A stretch of DNA of 32,000 nucleotides from Candidatus Saccharibacteria bacterium oral taxon 488 (GTDB lineage Bacteria > Patescibacteriota > Saccharimonadia > Saccharimonadales > Saccharimonadaceae): contig CP047921.1 in the NCBI GenBank assembly GCA_010202845.1, positions 360,001 to 392,000 of the forward strand, given 5' to 3'. Position numbers and translations under genes: made by a program. The notes under the pieces are model-generated. The model searched no databases. It was not told where the DNA came from and worked only from the letters and a program-made list of their open reading frames with translations. This document shows positions 7,717 through 15,501 of this stretch, in pieces. How positions within the stretch are numbered: the stretch's first letter is position 1; the number at the start of each line of letters is the position of its first letter.

Positions 7717-8628
7717 TTATGATTCGCCTAGATCTTTCGCAGCGGAGATAGTCACCGTTATCGCTCTCAAAATCGTCCGCAAATTTGCAGCGGTGATGGC
7801 CTTCGTTAGCTCATGCTTTGTCAGCGGCGCGGCGGTTTTCTGGTAAAAATAAATTGGCGCGGGGTTGTAGAACGGGTCAGTTTTAAAGGCTTTGGCGAGG
7901 TTGTTCAGGCGGCTGGCATGCGGCGTAATGTCAAATGTTCGTAAATAGCTTTGTGCTGCTTTGCCCGCGCTTTGCCAATCGAAAGATTTTTTCACGGTGT
8001 AGGTTTGGCTGACCGAATTGCCGTCATGGTAGGCGGTGAATTCGCTATGGCTGGACGGATAGACTGGCGCTCTGTCAAAGCACACGCTGCGCACCAAGTC
8101 GAGTAGTATCGGGTACATGCAGAAAAGGGCGGCGGTTGCTTGCTCGCTGGCATCAGGGATTTCAATCGTCAGTGTAATATCTATAAAATCCTCCGGCTGG
8201 TAATCAATTTCTAGCGGTGGGTTTTTGGTTGATTTGATAGCTTTTTTAGGCTTGATGGAGCGGCGATCTGCGAAATCTTTTTGACAACGAGCCAGCTGTC
8301 TAAACAATTCCGCTTCATCCCAGATGACGACGCTTGCTTTCATCTCCGCCTCGATATGGGCGACGGATTCGCGAATCATGGATAGATCAAACGGCTTTAC
8401 GTCAGCGATGACTTTTTCAAATAGCGTAATTGATTCGCCAGTAAAGAACGCGACGTCAAAAAACACGCTTGATTCAGACGTCGTGCCGTGCAATTCGCCA
8501 ACAAAGGCGCGTTCGCCGTCGGACTTTTCTACCATCCGTAAGAACCGCCGAATAACCAAGTGCTCAAACAAATGACAGACATCATGGTCGACTGGCAGGT
8601 TGTAAGCGGAATATAGTTTGTGGATCAT
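7717..8628 (-). CDS. M16 (pitrilysin/insulinase)-like metallopeptidase-fold protein, single domain
   Basis: Inverted zinc motif HLFEH at residues 19-23, and a Glu-rich RESVAHIEAE segment about 70 residues later. The start is set at ATG 8628, which has TGCTACAAT 6 nt upstream, rather than the track start at 8673. Confidence 0.55.
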   Translation of the reverse strand: MIHKLYSAYNLPVDHDVCHLFEHLVIRRFLRMVEKSDGERAFVGELHGTTSESSVFFDVAFFTGESITLFEKVIADVKPFDLSMIRESVAHIEAEMKASVVIWDEAELFRQLARCQKDFADRRSIKPKKAIKSTKNPPLEIDYQPEDFIDITLTIEIPDASEQATAALFCMYPILLDLVRSVCFDRAPVYPSSHSEFTAYHDGNSVSQTYTVKKSFDWQSAGKAAQSYLRTFDITPHASRLNNLAKAFKTDPFYNPAPIYFYQKTAAPLTKHELTKAITAANLRTILRAITVTISAAKDLGES

Positions 8629-8634
8629 GGGTTT

Positions 8635-8643
8635 ATTGTAGCA
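8635..8643 (-). promoter_or_regulatory. Extended -10 for a leaderless M16-like gene
   Basis: TGCTACAAT lies 6 nt upstream of the ATG at 8628. Confidence 0.55.
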
Positions 8644-8697
8644 GATGAGTACCCCACCTCGGCAGTTTGGCACTACCGGGGCGGGTTTTTCTCGAAC

Positions 8698-8937
8698 TCA
8701 GAAGCTCTTGAACGGAGCCTTGCTGTTCGAGGTTCCCGAGTCGCTACGGTTGGTCAGCGACCTGGGAGCGTCGGCCTTCGGGGTCGACGACTTGGAGGTG
8801 AGCATGCTGCTGATAGTGGTCTTCGGCAACGTGCTGGGAGAACCACCGAAGCCGAACCGCTGGCTACCGCTCTGGCTCAGGCTGTCGTGATGGTTCTTGT
8901 TGCTGTTCAATCCCTTTTGGGGACGTCCAGTTGCCAT
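8698..8937 (-). CDS. Small hydrophilic Ser/Thr/Gly/Lys-rich protein (79 aa), hypothetical
   Basis: The ATG at 8937 is preceded by AAAGGAG 7 nt upstream. Driven by cassette copy 3 through a structured leader of about 105 nt. The longer track ORF (to 9075) would run through the promoter. Confidence 0.55.
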   Translation of the reverse strand: MATGRPQKGLNSNKNHHDSLSQSGSQRFGFGGSPSTLPKTTISSMLTSKSSTPKADAPRSLTNRSDSGTSNSKAPFKSF

Positions 8938-9041
8938 AGTAAACTCCTTTTGGAGTCGGGCGAGAATGGACCTTCTCGCAAACGGCACATTTGACACATG
9001 GCACGAGTCAAATGCGAACCCAGTGCGAAATTGCACGAAAG

Positions 9042-9148
9042 GCTGATATATATCAATACGAGAACAAAACGTCAAGGGTTTTTGTCAACAATGTGGTGTA
9101 ATATTTCTATCACCCCCATTACGATCGCGGCGTGTTATATAGTAACCG
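9042..9148 (-). repeat. Intergenic repeat copy B (about 107 nt) containing cassette 3
   Basis: Same block order as 7546-7663. Begins 14 nt after the nrnA-like stop codon. Confidence 0.75.
9047..9088 (-). promoter_or_regulatory. Promoter cassette copy 3
   Basis: TTGACA (9083-9088), 7 nt, TTGACG (9070-9075), 17-nt spacer ending in TGA, then TATATA (9047-9052). Confidence 0.7.
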
Positions 9149-9162
9149 TATAAGTTTTAGTC

Positions 9163-10143
9163 CTACTCTACTTCTCGCAAAGCTTTATCCGTCGCCGCCA
9201 CCAATTCCCGCACGACTTCGTCATAATCCTCATACACGCGGAATCCTGCCGCGTACGGATGGCCGCCGCCGCCGAAGTAGCCAGCCACGATGTTGGCGAT
9301 CGGTAGGTTACCGCGCAGGCGGGCGGTTAGTTTGCCGTCGGGGTAGGTTTTGATGACGCAGCTGAGCGCCACGCCCTCGACCAACCGCAGCTCGTCGCCG
9401 ATCAGCGCGCCGGGGTTGTAGGCGTCGCTGTAGGCTTGAATTTCCTCGAACGGTACGTGCACCAGCGCCAATTGTCCGTCCAGTAAATATTCGATTCGCT
9501 CAATTAACTTACCTTTGTATGCCAGAATTTCCGGCGACTTTTTCATAAATTCGCGCCGCCGTTCTTCGATTTCGGCATTGGATGCGCCCAGCTCGGTCAA
9601 TTCACCCGCCACGTGGAAGGTCGCCGCGGTGGTGTTTGGCGTGGTGAGGCCCAGGCTGTCAGACATGATGGCGATCAACAAATTCTCCGCCGCTTGCTGG
9701 TTGATAGCCCAGCCAGCGTGGGTGAATAATTGGTAGAGCAATTCCCCGGTCGCTACCACGGTTTCTGATAGCATGGTGTGTTCAAAACTCAGCGTCGGCT
9801 CGGCGGTGTGATGGTCGATAACTAGCACCGGATGCGTTTCCAAAAAATGCCGCACCCCCGGCGTCTCTAAGACCTTACTGAGCAAAATATCAGCGCTGGT
9901 ATCCACGATAATAGCCAGGTCGGCGCGGGCTGGAAAATCACCAACTACCCGGTCCCAGCCGCGGATGTAGCGTAGGTATTTGGGGATATCGACCGGACAA
10001 TACAGCGTCACGGTCTTGCCCAAATCACTCAGCACTTCCTCCAGTGCCAAGCTAGAACCCAGGCTGTCGCCATCGGGGTTTTCGGCCTGGATGATGACAA
10101 GGCTGTTGGCGGATTGGATGAGTTGCTGGGCGGTATTAAACAT
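9163..10143 (-). CDS. nrnA: DHH-family phosphoesterase (NrnA-like oligoribonuclease / pAp phosphatase)
   Basis: 326 aa with the motifs DGDSLGSSLAL, VIDHH and GGGGHPYAAG (DHH plus DHHA1). Confidence 0.85.
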   Translation of the reverse strand: MFNTAQQLIQSANSLVIIQAENPDGDSLGSSLALEEVLSDLGKTVTLYCPVDIPKYLRYIRGWDRVVGDFPARADLAIIVDTSADILLSKVLETPGVRHFLETHPVLVIDHHTAEPTLSFEHTMLSETVVATGELLYQLFTHAGWAINQQAAENLLIAIMSDSLGLTTPNTTAATFHVAGELTELGASNAEIEERRREFMKKSPEILAYKGKLIERIEYLLDGQLALVHVPFEEIQAYSDAYNPGALIGDELRLVEGVALSCVIKTYPDGKLTARLRGNLPIANIVAGYFGGGGHPYAAGFRVYEDYDEVVRELVAATDKALREVE

Positions 10144-10149
10144 AGTCTT

Positions 10150-10158
10150 ATTATAGCA
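10150..10158 (-). promoter_or_regulatory. Extended -10 for a leaderless nrnA-like gene
   Basis: TGCTATAAT lies 6 nt upstream of the ATG at 10143. Confidence 0.55.
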
Positions 10159-10185
10159 GATGGGATTTTTGGTGGGGTGGCGGGG

Positions 10186-12159
10186 CTATTCGTCACGCAT
10201 ATCTTTAATCGGGTTGCGGCGGGTGTTGCGGATGAGCGGTATCAGGCACGCCAGCACAGCAGCAGCGATGATACTGAGGGCGACCGCGCCGATGATCATC
10301 CAGTCAATCGTCCAGAAATGGAAGGTTGTCGCCAAATCTTTCGGCGTCATGGCGATGCGCAGCGTCGCGGTGATTTGACTAGCCAGCAAATTGTCGGCGA
10401 TATATACGACGATTAGTCCGGCGGCGATACTGAACAGCGCGGTGAGCAGCGCCACGATCATGGTGTAGACGAAATAAATTTGGCTAATATCAAGTCGCGT
10501 TGCTCCAAGCGCTCGAAAAACTGCGGATTCTTTGCGGCTGTCGGCGATGGTGCGGGAAATGATAATCAGCAAGATAAAGGCGGCGATGATCGTCACGCCG
10601 ATGAATGTCCACATGATGATTGGCTTGAGGCGCTCCATGGCGTCGTAATTGACGAGCGAGTTGCTGCCGGTGGGCGATGCGAATACTACATAGTGCGGCA
10701 GGCAGATTGACTTATTAGACCTTTGGGTTTTGGAAGCTTCAACAGGTTCGGGCTGGGCGAATAAATCGGTGCCTCCTGTGCCGCCAGAAGCTCCTTCGCC
10801 GCAAGAAGCGGCTGCCAGGTAGCTGCGAGCTTTATTGGGGTCGCTGAATTCATAGATAGCCAGCGTCTCTTCCCTGTTGGCATTACCTTGATCATTGTTG
10901 GCGGTTTGAATAGTTGATTCAAGAGCTGTTTGCGCCGCGGTGGTCATTGAGCCGCGCGGCATGATCCAGGTGTATGACAGGCGGGCGCTTAAAAATTGCT
11001 GTAAGAAGCTGCCGATGTCGCTTTGGGCGGCTTCAATACCGTCCGGCATCAGGCCGACGACGCGGAAAGTAAATTTAGCCTGGGCAGGTTCGGGCTGGGC
11101 TGAGCCGAAAGTCTGATCAAAATAGCGCTGGTTGGCCTCGGTACGCTTGGCTTCGGCTGAACGATTATCCTTAACGACGGCCGGCGCAGCACAGGAATCG
11201 GCGGACGGCATGGCGTATTCGCGGTCTGGCTTGACATAATCGGCGGATGGTTTCTTAGCTTGATCGGCGGCAGCTTGGATTTGCCGTTTGGCGGTTTGTA
11301 GTAATTCTTGCGAAGCTGGGTTGCGATAACAGGCGCTGAATGTCAGCTGCCCGGCTTTTTGGCGCAATTCTTTGAGTCGTGCTAGTTGCGTATCATTGCT
11401 GGCATTTTTATCTAGCGGCTTGAGGCCAAGCAGCACTTCGGCGTCCTGGTAACGGATGATCAGCGGGATCTCATTGGGTTTGGCGCTGGCGCCAGCCAGC
11501 AAATATCCGCCTAGCAACGATTGGTCGATGGCGGTTATACTGCCGAATTGCTGTTTAAATTCTTCCAGCGGTGTCGGCTGGTTGTTCTGCTGGCGCTTGT
11601 CGTCAAACGACTCAATTCCCCGCTCCATATAATTTAGCATGCCATTGGCGGCGATTGACTGAATACTAAACTGCCGCACGGCGCCGCGGGTGCGGGCAAA
11701 TTGCCACTGCGCGTCCGCTGTGAGGCGCGGTAATTTGGCGGTCTCCTGGCGAATAAGCCGCTGGACAATGACGCTCTGGTTGTTCGGGTACGGCGGGCTA
11801 TCAGGAAACGATTGCATGATCGGCGGTTCGGATTTGGGGTCGTATGGCAGGCCGAGGCGGGCAGCCAGCGCTTGCTTGTCCTTGATCATTTGCGTGCGTT
11901 CGGCTTCGGCGCGGGCAGTTAGATTTGAGGTAAATTCAATATTATTTGGCCGAATGGCGGTTTGCGCTACTAAATAGCGGCTATTCAGGCTGCCTCGATC
12001 GAATTCCTCAATGCTCCGCTGAGCGCCCATTAGCATAGTCAGCCCCGCCAGCAGCGCTGCGAAAAGCAGCCCGGACACGACCACGGTGATGGACAAGCGA
12101 ATACGCCGCACTCGGAGTTTGGTGCCAGCCAGCCGTAGCGAATCGGTGATTCTAAGCAT
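10186..12159 (-). CDS. ABC transporter permease, FtsX/MacB type, with a large extracytoplasmic domain
   Basis: 657 aa. One N-terminal transmembrane segment, then a hydrophilic domain of about 480 aa, then a C-terminal FtsX-like 3-TM bundle (FRALGATRLDISQIYF...). Overlaps the upstream ATPase gene by 8 nt. Confidence 0.8.
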   Translation of the reverse strand: MLRITDSLRLAGTKLRVRRIRLSITVVVSGLLFAALLAGLTMLMGAQRSIEEFDRGSLNSRYLVAQTAIRPNNIEFTSNLTARAEAERTQMIKDKQALAARLGLPYDPKSEPPIMQSFPDSPPYPNNQSVIVQRLIRQETAKLPRLTADAQWQFARTRGAVRQFSIQSIAANGMLNYMERGIESFDDKRQQNNQPTPLEEFKQQFGSITAIDQSLLGGYLLAGASAKPNEIPLIIRYQDAEVLLGLKPLDKNASNDTQLARLKELRQKAGQLTFSACYRNPASQELLQTAKRQIQAAADQAKKPSADYVKPDREYAMPSADSCAAPAVVKDNRSAEAKRTEANQRYFDQTFGSAQPEPAQAKFTFRVVGLMPDGIEAAQSDIGSFLQQFLSARLSYTWIMPRGSMTTAAQTALESTIQTANNDQGNANREETLAIYEFSDPNKARSYLAAASCGEGASGGTGGTDLFAQPEPVEASKTQRSNKSICLPHYVVFASPTGSNSLVNYDAMERLKPIIMWTFIGVTIIAAFILLIIISRTIADSRKESAVFRALGATRLDISQIYFVYTMIVALLTALFSIAAGLIVVYIADNLLASQITATLRIAMTPKDLATTFHFWTIDWMIIGAVALSIIAAAVLACLIPLIRNTRRNPIKDMRDE

Positions 12160-13033
12160 CGGCTATCCTTCCGTCTTTCAGGCGGATTTCACGATCGGCT
12201 GCTGCGGCGATGTCTGGATTATGCGTAACGATAACGACCGTGGTGCCGAGTTCACGGCGGATTTGGTGAAATAGGTCGATGATGCGGTCGGAATTGGCGC
12301 TGTCCAGATTGCCTGTCGGTTCATCGGCGAGTAAAATATTCGGGCGATTGAATAAAGCGCGGGCGATGGCAGCGCGCTGAATTTGACCGCCGGAAAGTTC
12401 GCGCGGTAAATGGTGCATTCGGTCTGCTAGTCCGACCAATTTGGCGAGTTCCTGGGCGCGGGCGCGGCGCTGCTTGGGCTTGATGCGGGCAAACATGGCG
12501 GGGATTTCCAGATTGGCGGACAGAGTTAGGAATGGCTGCAGATAAAATGATTGGAAGACAAAGCCGATTTCACGCGATCGGAACCGCGACAGTTGCCGGT
12601 CGGACAAGTGGCTGAGCGGCTGGTCGTTAATGAGGATTTGACCAGCGGACGGCTTGTCGAGCCCGCCGATGAGCTGCAGTAAAGTACTTTTGCCCGAGCC
12701 GCTAGCGCCAGTGATGGCCACGAATTCGCCAGCGAAAATATCAAGGCTAACGCCGTCGAGCGCTGGAATGGTTTGGTGGCCGACGCGGTAAGATTTGGCG
12801 AGGTCGGTTACGGCGATATGGCAACGGTTGGAGCGTTTTGGCGCGGCAGCGGGCGGTGTCATAACCTTAGCGGCTGGGCTAGATTTGGCGGCTGGAGGTA
12901 AGTCAACTAAACCAGCTGACACCGCTGGCTGGGCAAAGTTACGGATCGCGTCAATCGCTTCCTCGACATCATCAAACTTTGCTATAAATGCCGCGATATC
13001 CTCGTCGCGCACCTTCCCCACCTCTGGTTTCAT
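12152..13033 (-). CDS. ABC transporter ATP-binding protein (MacB/LolD-like) with an N-terminal extension of about 80 aa
   Basis: Walker A GASGSGKST, signature LSGGQIQR, Walker B ILLADEPT. The start is set at ATG 13033, which has TGCTACAAT 6 nt upstream. Confidence 0.9.
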   Translation of the reverse strand: MKPEVGKVRDEDIAAFIAKFDDVEEAIDAIRNFAQPAVSAGLVDLPPAAKSSPAAKVMTPPAAAPKRSNRCHIAVTDLAKSYRVGHQTIPALDGVSLDIFAGEFVAITGASGSGKSTLLQLIGGLDKPSAGQILINDQPLSHLSDRQLSRFRSREIGFVFQSFYLQPFLTLSANLEIPAMFARIKPKQRRARAQELAKLVGLADRMHHLPRELSGGQIQRAAIARALFNRPNILLADEPTGNLDSANSDRIIDLFHQIRRELGTTVVIVTHNPDIAAAADREIRLKDGRIADA

Positions 13034-13039
13034 GGTTGT

Positions 13040-13048
13040 ATTGTAGCA
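13040..13048 (-). promoter_or_regulatory. Extended -10 for a leaderless ABC ATPase gene
   Basis: TGCTACAAT lies 6 nt upstream of the ATG at 13033. Confidence 0.55.
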
Positions 13049-13070
13049 AAAGCAGGATGGCCTTAGCAAG

Positions 13071-13688
13071 CTATAATGTCCGCCGTCCCTCCAGCGCATG
13101 CGTCAGCGTGATTTGATCGGCGTATTCGAGGTCGACGCCGACGGGGATGCCGCGGGCAAGGCGCGAGATGGTGATGGTGAGGCCGGCCTCCTGGAGGTAG
13201 CGCTGCAAAAAGAGCGCGGTTGACTCGCCTTCGACCGACGCGTTGGTGGCGATGATTAATTCCTCGGCGTTATCATGCTTGATGCGCTCAATGAGCTCAG
13301 GGATGTGCAGCTGCTCCGGGCCGATGCCATCAATTGGCGAAATCGCGCCACCTAGTACGTGATAGGTGCCACTATACTGCCCCGTCCGCTCCAGCGCCAC
13401 GATGTCCAGCGGCTCTTCAACCACGCAAATCAAGCGGCGATTGCGCGACTCGTCTTGATATAGCGGCGACACCTCTTGATCATGATCAATCAAGGCGAAC
13501 GTGACCGGACAGGTTTTGACGCGTGTGTGCAGCCGGTTCAGTGCCCGCGCTAGCTGCTCAGCCCGTCTGGCGTCACGTCGGAGCACGGCATAGGCATAGC
13601 GTTCGGCGGTTCGCGGCCCGACACCGGGCAGCCCGCCAAACTCATCAATCAGCGTCGTCAGCGCCGCCGGCAAAATCGTCGGTTTCAT
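13071..13688 (-). CDS. recR: Recombination protein RecR
   Basis: 205 aa with the N-terminal HhH motif LPGVGPRTAERYA and a Toprim region (ICVVEEPLDIVALERTGQYSGTYHVLGG). The start overlaps the ybaB stop (TAATG). Confidence 0.9.
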   Translation of the reverse strand: MKPTILPAALTTLIDEFGGLPGVGPRTAERYAYAVLRRDARRAEQLARALNRLHTRVKTCPVTFALIDHDQEVSPLYQDESRNRRLICVVEEPLDIVALERTGQYSGTYHVLGGAISPIDGIGPEQLHIPELIERIKHDNAEELIIATNASVEGESTALFLQRYLQEAGLTITISRLARGIPVGVDLEYADQITLTHALEGRRTL

Positions 13689-13978
13689 TAGAACGGCAAG
13701 TTGCCCAGCCCGCCCATCAGCGGTTTCATCGTCTCGGCAGCAACTTCCTGCGCTTTGGCTAGACCGTCGCGAATTGCGATTTGGATCCAGTGCTCCAGCT
13801 GCTCGATATTATCGAGGTCAACCATCTTTGGATTAATCTTGATCGACTTAATTTTTAGCTCGCCGGTGATCTGAACGACCACCGCACCGTCGCCGGCCTC
13901 TACTTCAATGATTTCCTTGCCGAGTTGTTTCTGGGCCTTGCGCAGTTGCTGCAACATCTTGACTTGGTCAAACGCCAT
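13688..13978 (-). CDS. ybaB: YbaB/EbfC nucleoid-associated protein
   Basis: 96 aa with the typical YbaB pattern (MLQQLRKAQKQL...VEAGDGAVVVQITGELKIKSIKINP). RBS is AAGGAGGAA. A TATAAT at 14011-14016 lies upstream. Confidence 0.85.
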   Translation of the reverse strand: MAFDQVKMLQQLRKAQKQLGKEIIEVEAGDGAVVVQITGELKIKSIKINPKMVDLDNIEQLEHWIQIAIRDGLAKAQEVAAETMKPLMGGLGNLPF

Positions 13979-14018
13979 AATTATTGATTCCTCCTTGAAT
14001 TTACTTTTTCATTATACG

Positions 14019-15479
14019 CTATTTTTTCGCCAATTTGTAGAGGTAAAAGCGGTCAGCCCGCTCGGCGTGGCTATTGGTGACGATGCGCTCCAGTGTCCAG
14101 CCGTCAGTGTTGGGGTGAGCCATTTGTTCAGCGCGGGTGATGACGAGTGTAGCGCCCCCCGTGGTTGGTTGATTGACGGCGAGTTTGTGCTTGCTATAGC
14201 GAGCGACGGTTTCGTAGAGCGGCGCCTCGTGCGGGTTAGCGACGAGAACGACGTTTTGCCTGCCGGCGATGGCTTTTTGTAGCAGTGGCAAGTCGGTGCT
14301 AAATTCATGTACGGCGCCCGAGAAATGGCGATACCCATTGGTAAAGCGGTCGAGACCCGAGAGTACCATCACACCGATGAGCGCCATCAGCATCAATAAG
14401 CCAGTGATGCGGGCATAAGGATTGCGTGGGAACAGCGAATACCATTGATTGAGCAGCGCCTCGACGCCAACCGCCAGCAGGATAAATAGCGGCAAGATGA
14501 TAATGCTGGTCATCGATGGCTGCAGCACCAGTAGCGGCAAACTCAACAGCAGCCAGACGCCGATCATGTACGAACGCGCGGTGTGGTGGTGCTGGATGGT
14601 TTTGAACAGACCAAGCGTGATCAGAAATAGTGCCGAGAAGTCGAGTACCGGTGCGATCTGACCGCCAACAACGGTCGGCTTGACCCAGAAATAATGATAC
14701 AGCAGCAACCGCAAATTATCGACCAGCGCCCAGCTGAGGCTGTGAATACCGACCAGTGATTTGAGTAGATCGTGATGCGTCGCGGCGAGGAAAATTGCCG
14801 GCGCGCTAGTGAGCGCGAGAACGACGATCGCTGGCAGCCACTTGAAGCGATTGCGTTTGGCGAGTAGTGCGTAGCGTGTGTGCGGGTGGATCAGCGCTAC
14901 CAACAGCAGTGTCAGATGAATATACCAAAAATATGGTGTAAACAGGCTTAGGCCGACCGTCGCCGCCAGTAGCAGCCGCCACAGGGCCGAGCCCTTGGCG
15001 CGCTGAACGATCAGGCTGGCAAAGAGGAGGATGAGCGCAGCATAGGTGATGTAGAGAATGTGCGGCGTGAAGCTTTGAGCAAAGAAGATTAGCTGGCCAG
15101 TGACCGTCATGATGACCAGCGACAGAATGGTGACATTAGGTTTGAACCAGCGCCGCAGCAGGAAAAACACGGCGACGGCGGCGATGAACGACAGGATGAG
15201 CGACGGCAGCTTGATGGTATAGATGGTGACGCCAAATACACTGAACAACCCACGCTGCAAGAGGTGAAATGGCAAGTTAGTTTGAGCGAGCGATCCGAGG
15301 TGACTCGGCGAAATGGCATTGGTAGTATTAAGCGCCTCAATTTCCGCCTCGGTCACGCCGCCTGGAGCATACAAACTAGCGGCGGTGATGGCCGCACAAA
15401 ATAGCACAACCAGCGCCATATAGCCTAGCCAATAGCGCCAGCGATAGACAGCCGAGTCGGCGAGTTTGTGCTTTTTCAT
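14019..15479 (-). CDS. Polytopic membrane protein, GT-C-fold glycosyltransferase-like (GT39/ArnT-like)
   Basis: 486 aa, roughly 11-12 hydrophobic helices followed by a soluble C-terminal domain of about 90 aa. The family call rests on architecture only. Confidence 0.45.
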   Translation of the reverse strand: MKKHKLADSAVYRWRYWLGYMALVVLFCAAITAASLYAPGGVTEAEIEALNTTNAISPSHLGSLAQTNLPFHLLQRGLFSVFGVTIYTIKLPSLILSFIAAVAVFFLLRRWFKPNVTILSLVIMTVTGQLIFFAQSFTPHILYITYAALILLFASLIVQRAKGSALWRLLLAATVGLSLFTPYFWYIHLTLLLVALIHPHTRYALLAKRNRFKWLPAIVVLALTSAPAIFLAATHHDLLKSLVGIHSLSWALVDNLRLLLYHYFWVKPTVVGGQIAPVLDFSALFLITLGLFKTIQHHHTARSYMIGVWLLLSLPLLVLQPSMTSIIILPLFILLAVGVEALLNQWYSLFPRNPYARITGLLMLMALIGVMVLSGLDRFTNGYRHFSGAVHEFSTDLPLLQKAIAGRQNVVLVANPHEAPLYETVARYSKHKLAVNQPTTGGATLVITRAEQMAHPNTDGWTLERIVTNSHAERADRFYLYKLAKK

Positions 15480-15487
15480 TGGTATTG

Positions 15488-15496
15488 ATTATATCA
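15488..15496 (-). promoter_or_regulatory. Extended -10 upstream of the membrane GT-like gene
   Basis: TGATATAAT lies 8 nt upstream of the ATG at 15479, in the short gap just after the dnaB stop codon (15502). Confidence 0.5.
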
Positions 15497-15501
15497 CAAT
15501 T

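Noticed and set aside
7664-7846. 60-aa plus-strand ORF
   Set aside because: It overlaps the 3' end of the M16-like gene on the opposite strand, has no start signals and has an implausible composition.
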